Source: an uncultured Peptoniphilus sp.
GTDB taxonomy: Bacteria; Bacillota; Clostridia; Tissierellales; Peptoniphilaceae
DNA length: 64,000 nucleotides
NCBI RefSeq assembly: GCF_946998875.1
Contig: NZ_CAMQAY010000001.1
Location: 106,614 to 170,613 of the forward strand
Reading direction: 5' to 3'
The position numbers were made by a program, and so were the translations under genes. The notes under the pieces were generated by a model, which was not told where the DNA came from, searched no databases, and saw only the letters and a program-made list of their open reading frames with translations. This document shows positions 60,866 to 64,000 of this stretch, piece after piece; within the stretch, counting starts at the first letter, position 1; every line of letters starts with the position of its first letter.

Positions 60866-61268
60866 TTTTAAAAAATTATTTGAAGAAGATGAATATGTAA
60901 AGAGAAGCCATATTAAATTAGTTAAATTAGAGGGCGACAACTTAGTTTTAAAGATGAAGCCAGAGAAAAATCAGTTTAATGCCTATAACATTCTTCATGG
61001 AGCAGAAATTTTTGCATTGATGGACACAGCAGCAGGCTGCCTTTCCATTGCCATGGGCAGAAAGGGCGTGACCTTAGACTCTAGTGTGAACTTTATTTCC
61101 AGCGTAAAACTTGGAGAAGAAATTTACTCCACAACAAAGATAATTCACTCAGGCAAAAGCACAGAGATAATAGAAGTCTTGGCAAAGAAGGGCGACAAAT
61201 TAGTTGCCAAGGGAAGCTTTACACTTTTTATTGTGGGCGAAATTGAAATTAGCGGAAAAAATTTTTAA
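60852..61268 (+). CDS. PaaI/4HBT hotdog-fold thioesterase
   Basis: LHGAEIFALMDTAAG motif. 138 aa. Confidence 0.75.
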   Translation: MEKINFKKLFEEDEYVKRSHIKLVKLEGDNLVLKMKPEKNQFNAYNILHGAEIFALMDTAAGCLSIAMGRKGVTLDSSVNFISSVKLGEEIYSTTKIIHSGKSTEIIEVLAKKGDKLVAKGSFTLFIVGEIEISGKNF

Positions 61269-61362
61269 AATAATTTTTACAGATAAAAAATTTTTTTAAT
61301 TTCTTTTTAAAGTTTCTATGTTAAAATATTTGAAGAAAAAAGATAAAGGATTTTAATTAGAG

Positions 61363-62067
61363 ATGAGAAATTTTTGGGATTTAGATTATGGCCAAGTTGG
61401 CTTTAAATTTTATGGAGCCTACCATTTTATATGGCTATTTATTATTTTTATATTTGGACTTTTCTTATATAAGCCCTGGAAAAAAAGTAAAAAATTTAGA
61501 AAAGTTATTGCCCTCCTGCCAATTAGCCTAGAAATTATTAGGCTTATAGCAGTTTTAATTGACGGGCATTACGACTCTTCCTACTTGCCCTTTCACCTCT
61601 GCCTAATCGGGTCGCAGTTTATGGCAGTGGATGCCTTCTATGACAGCAAAATTATTAAGTCATGTCTTTACTATTTATTTATGCCAGCTGCAATTTTAAG
61701 TCTTTTTACGCCAGGTTGGGACCAAGTAAATAAATATTCCTATGTGGCAATAATTTCTTGGATAATCCACGGGATAAATTCTTTTTATCCAATCTATATT
61801 GTGATTTCAAAGGAATACCTGCCAAAGCTAAGAGACATTATTTATCCAGTGATTTTTATTCTTGTTACACTTCCAATAATAAAAATACTAAATAAAAAGC
61901 TTAATGCAAATTATTATTTTATAGAGGAGCCCTATGAGGGATCCGCCCTTGCTACTATAAAAAATGTCTTTCCCAATTATATAGTTGGACTTTTTATAGT
62001 GACAGTATTTGTCATGGTCCTTACATTTTTTATTTACAAGTTAATAGTAAGTTTGAGAAAAAAATAA
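61363..62067 (+). CDS. YwaF/TIGR02206-family integral membrane protein
   Basis: LPFHLC motif with 6-7 TM. Confidence 0.55.
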   Translation: MRNFWDLDYGQVGFKFYGAYHFIWLFIIFIFGLFLYKPWKKSKKFRKVIALLPISLEIIRLIAVLIDGHYDSSYLPFHLCLIGSQFMAVDAFYDSKIIKSCLYYLFMPAAILSLFTPGWDQVNKYSYVAIISWIIHGINSFYPIYIVISKEYLPKLRDIIYPVIFILVTLPIIKILNKKLNANYYFIEEPYEGSALATIKNVFPNYIVGLFIVTVFVMVLTFFIYKLIVSLRKK

Positions 62068-62100
62068 GACGAGGCTCTTTGACCTCGTCTCTTTTAATTT
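62067..62100. terminator. bidirectional terminator
   Basis: AGACGAGG-ctctttga-CCTCGTCT with U-runs readable on both strands. Confidence 0.8.
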
Positions 62101-62849
62101 TCTGAAGCTATAATATTATAAGTTAGGGCAACTAAGACGCCACCAATAATATTTCCAATAGTTACAGGTATTAAATTTTTAAGAATTAGGGCAAAAGTAA
62201 AGTCTGGGTTTAACATTTTTGCCAATGCAAAGCAAGTCATATTTGCAACACTATGCTCGAAGCCAAGGCTTACAAAGGCAAGTATGCACCAAAAAATTAA
62301 AATCAATTTTGCTGAATCAGAAATTTTTCTTGAGCAAATTAAAACTGCAAGGCAGACTAAAATGTTACACATAATTCCCTTGAAAAGCAAAGAAATAAAG
62401 TCAAAGCTCGTCTTTCCAGTGACAAGTTTTAATAAAGCTTCGTTATACTCTGGGGAAACGCCAGTCATTTTAAATAAAAATGAAATTAAAACTGAGCCCA
62501 GAATATTTCCAAGATAGGAAAAAATTAAAATTTTTAAAAGCGTTCCAGTGTCAATTTTTTTATTAAGCCTTCCCACACTTGTCACAAGGACATTTCCTGT
62601 GAAGAGCTCTCCACCTGCAAAGACCACAAAGGATAGGGCAAGGGAGAAGACAAAGCCGTTAATAAATTTTACGACAGGGATGGGCAGTGGAGAAAAGACA
62701 CTTGCTGATAGAGTCATTATGAGCATGCCCACGCCAATAAAAAATCCTGCAAGTATGGAAGCAACCATGTACCTAAAGAAAGAGCCTTCAAGTAAATTTT
62801 TCTTCGTATTTGCAGAATTTGTAAGTCCACTTATTATATCTTTATACAT
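62094..62849 (-). CDS. formate/nitrite transporter (FNT) family channel
   Basis: FAGGELFTGN signature. 251 aa, 6 TM. Confidence 0.85.
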   Translation of the reverse strand: MYKDIISGLTNSANTKKNLLEGSFFRYMVASILAGFFIGVGMLIMTLSASVFSPLPIPVVKFINGFVFSLALSFVVFAGGELFTGNVLVTSVGRLNKKIDTGTLLKILIFSYLGNILGSVLISFLFKMTGVSPEYNEALLKLVTGKTSFDFISLLFKGIMCNILVCLAVLICSRKISDSAKLILIFWCILAFVSLGFEHSVANMTCFALAKMLNPDFTFALILKNLIPVTIGNIIGGVLVALTYNIIASEN

Positions 62850-62902
62850 ATTGCACCTCTTTTTTTATTCCACTAAACATTATACCAAAAAGAGGTGGTT
62901 TT

Positions 62903-64000
62903 TCAATTGGTGAAAGCATCTTTATCTTGGTCTAGCTTAAATTTTTTTGAATCAAGAGCTGTAACTATTATTTGTACAAGAGGCATGAGGAGATTAAAGA
63001 ACAAAAATGGTAAGTAGTGGACAGTGGAAACTCCAAGGACTGATGTCATATAAGCACCACAAGTGTTCCAAGGAATCATAGCTGATGTAACTGTTCCACC
63101 TGATTCAAGCGTTGAGGACAAAAGTTTTGGATCTAGATTTCTATCTCTATATTCATTTTTAAACATTCTGCCTGGGACAACTATGGAGATGTACTGCTCA
63201 GGCATAGTTGCATTTGTGAAAAAGCAAGTGAGAATTGTGGCAGCGACAAGACCAACAGTGGACTTTACCTTGCCAAGGAATTTTTTTACGATTGCTTCAA
63301 GTATTCCAGTCTCTTCTGCAATTCCACCAAACATCATGGCAATAATAGTAAGAGAAATGGAAGACATCATGTTGTTAAGTCCGCCAGTAGTTAAAAGTTT
63401 ATCCACTGACTCAACGCCAGTTTCTGATACAAAACCATTTAGGGCAGCAGATAATATGTCGCCAAAATTTACTTTTTGATAAATTGGTCCCATAATGGCA
63501 GCTGCAATTATGCCAAGGCTTATGCCAGGCACTGCAGGAACTTTTTTTGCAATAGAAAGTATTACAATAAGTGGCGGAATCAAAAGAACTGGAGAAATAT
63601 TAAAATTATTTTTTAAGCCTTCAGTAATAATAGTTACGCTAGACAAGTCTGCAGAGCTTCCCCTGTATTTCATTGAGAAAAATCCAAAGATGAGTAGGGT
63701 CAAGACATAAGTAATAATTGTAGGTTTTAACATTGCCTTGATGTGAGTGAAGACATCAGTGCCTGCCATTGCCGGTGCAAGGTTTGTTGTATCAGATAGG
63801 GGACTCATCTTGTCGCCAAAGTAAGCGCCAGATAAAACTGCCCCTGCTGTTATTGGTGCAGGTATGCCAAGACCACTTGCTATGCCCATAAGGGCAATAC
63901 CCATAGTGCCAGCAGTACCCCAACTTGTTCCCGTAGCAAGAGAAGTTATTGAAGTGATTAAAACTGTTGCCACAAGAAAAATTGATGGTTTTAAAATCAT
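62903..64000 (-). CDS. nhaC: Na+/H+ antiporter NhaC family (N-terminus beyond window end)
   Basis: C-terminal half of an NhaC-type permease (GAYFGDKMSPLSDTTNLA). ORF open to the window edge. Confidence 0.75.
   Translation of the reverse strand: MILKPSIFLVATVLITSITSLATGTSWGTAGTMGIALMGIASGLGIPAPITAGAVLSGAYFGDKMSPLSDTTNLAPAMAGTDVFTHIKAMLKPTIITYVLTLLIFGFFSMKYRGSSADLSSVTIITEGLKNNFNISPVLLIPPLIVILSIAKKVPAVPGISLGIIAAAIMGPIYQKVNFGDILSAALNGFVSETGVESVDKLLTTGGLNNMMSSISLTIIAMMFGGIAEETGILEAIVKKFLGKVKSTVGLVAATILTCFFTNATMPEQYISIVVPGRMFKNEYRDRNLDPKLLSSTLESGGTVTSAMIPWNTCGAYMTSVLGVSTVHYLPFLFFNLLMPLVQIIVTALDSKKFKLDQDKDAFTN

Overview
The window is a low-GC Firmicutes chromosomal segment, with gene order and codon usage resembling Clostridia/Tissierellia. 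It falls into six parts.

1. **1-9.8 kb:** the distal half of the ribosomal-protein/secY/adk/infA/rpoA/rplQ cluster. It lacks the usual map and rpsD genes. It is followed by ogt and a CIRCE-controlled groES-groEL operon.
2. **9.8-10.3 kb:** an unusual 2.5-copy tandem repeat of about 167 bp. Each full unit carries an RBS-preceded 29-38 codon ORF and a terminator-like hairpin.
3. **10.3-28.7 kb:** mixed housekeeping and accessory genes.
   - a GloB-like MBL hydrolase;
   - a minus-strand operon of a long-form tryptophanase/tyrosine-phenol-lyase-family enzyme with an NSS-family Na+ symporter, with a structured leader;
   - class I FBA;
   - an RNase H with an N-terminal hybrid-binding domain, translationally coupled to dCMP deaminase;
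   - a translationally coupled triad of MscL with a C-terminal zinc ribbon, a patatin phospholipase and a CoA-pyrophosphatase-type NUDIX;
   - a G5/3D cell-wall protein with palindromic operators;
   - a membrane-anchored MurF lacking its canonical N-domain, next to a long Ddl;
   - RNase R and SmpB.
4. **28.7-34.6 kb:** a two-gene cassette (intramembrane protease-like protein and lipoprotein) flanked by a duplicated terminator hairpin. It is followed by an ABC pair whose 1333-aa FtsX-type permease carries a giant coiled-coil ectodomain.
5. **34.6-38.4 kb:** a NiaR-controlled nadA(frameshifted)-nadB-nadC-niaR operon with a perfect 18-bp operator palindrome.
6. **38.4-64 kb:** accessory and housekeeping genes.
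   - a 7-kb island (LysR regulator, two dehydrogenases, an RraA-like aldolase/decarboxylase and TctCBA), bounded by about 40-bp direct repeats that are also terminators;
   - a GcvT-like protein, a TAXI-TRAP operon, FabK-like, TraX and a 2-hydroxyacid dehydrogenase;
   - a membrane-anchored MutS-domain-V ATPase;
   - a TrxB-like reductase translationally coupled to a beta-propeller (ASST-like) protein with a C-terminal thioredoxin domain;
   - HAD hydrolase, DinB, thioesterase, YwaF-like, FNT and a partial NhaC.

No tRNA, rRNA, CRISPR array or transposase was recognised.
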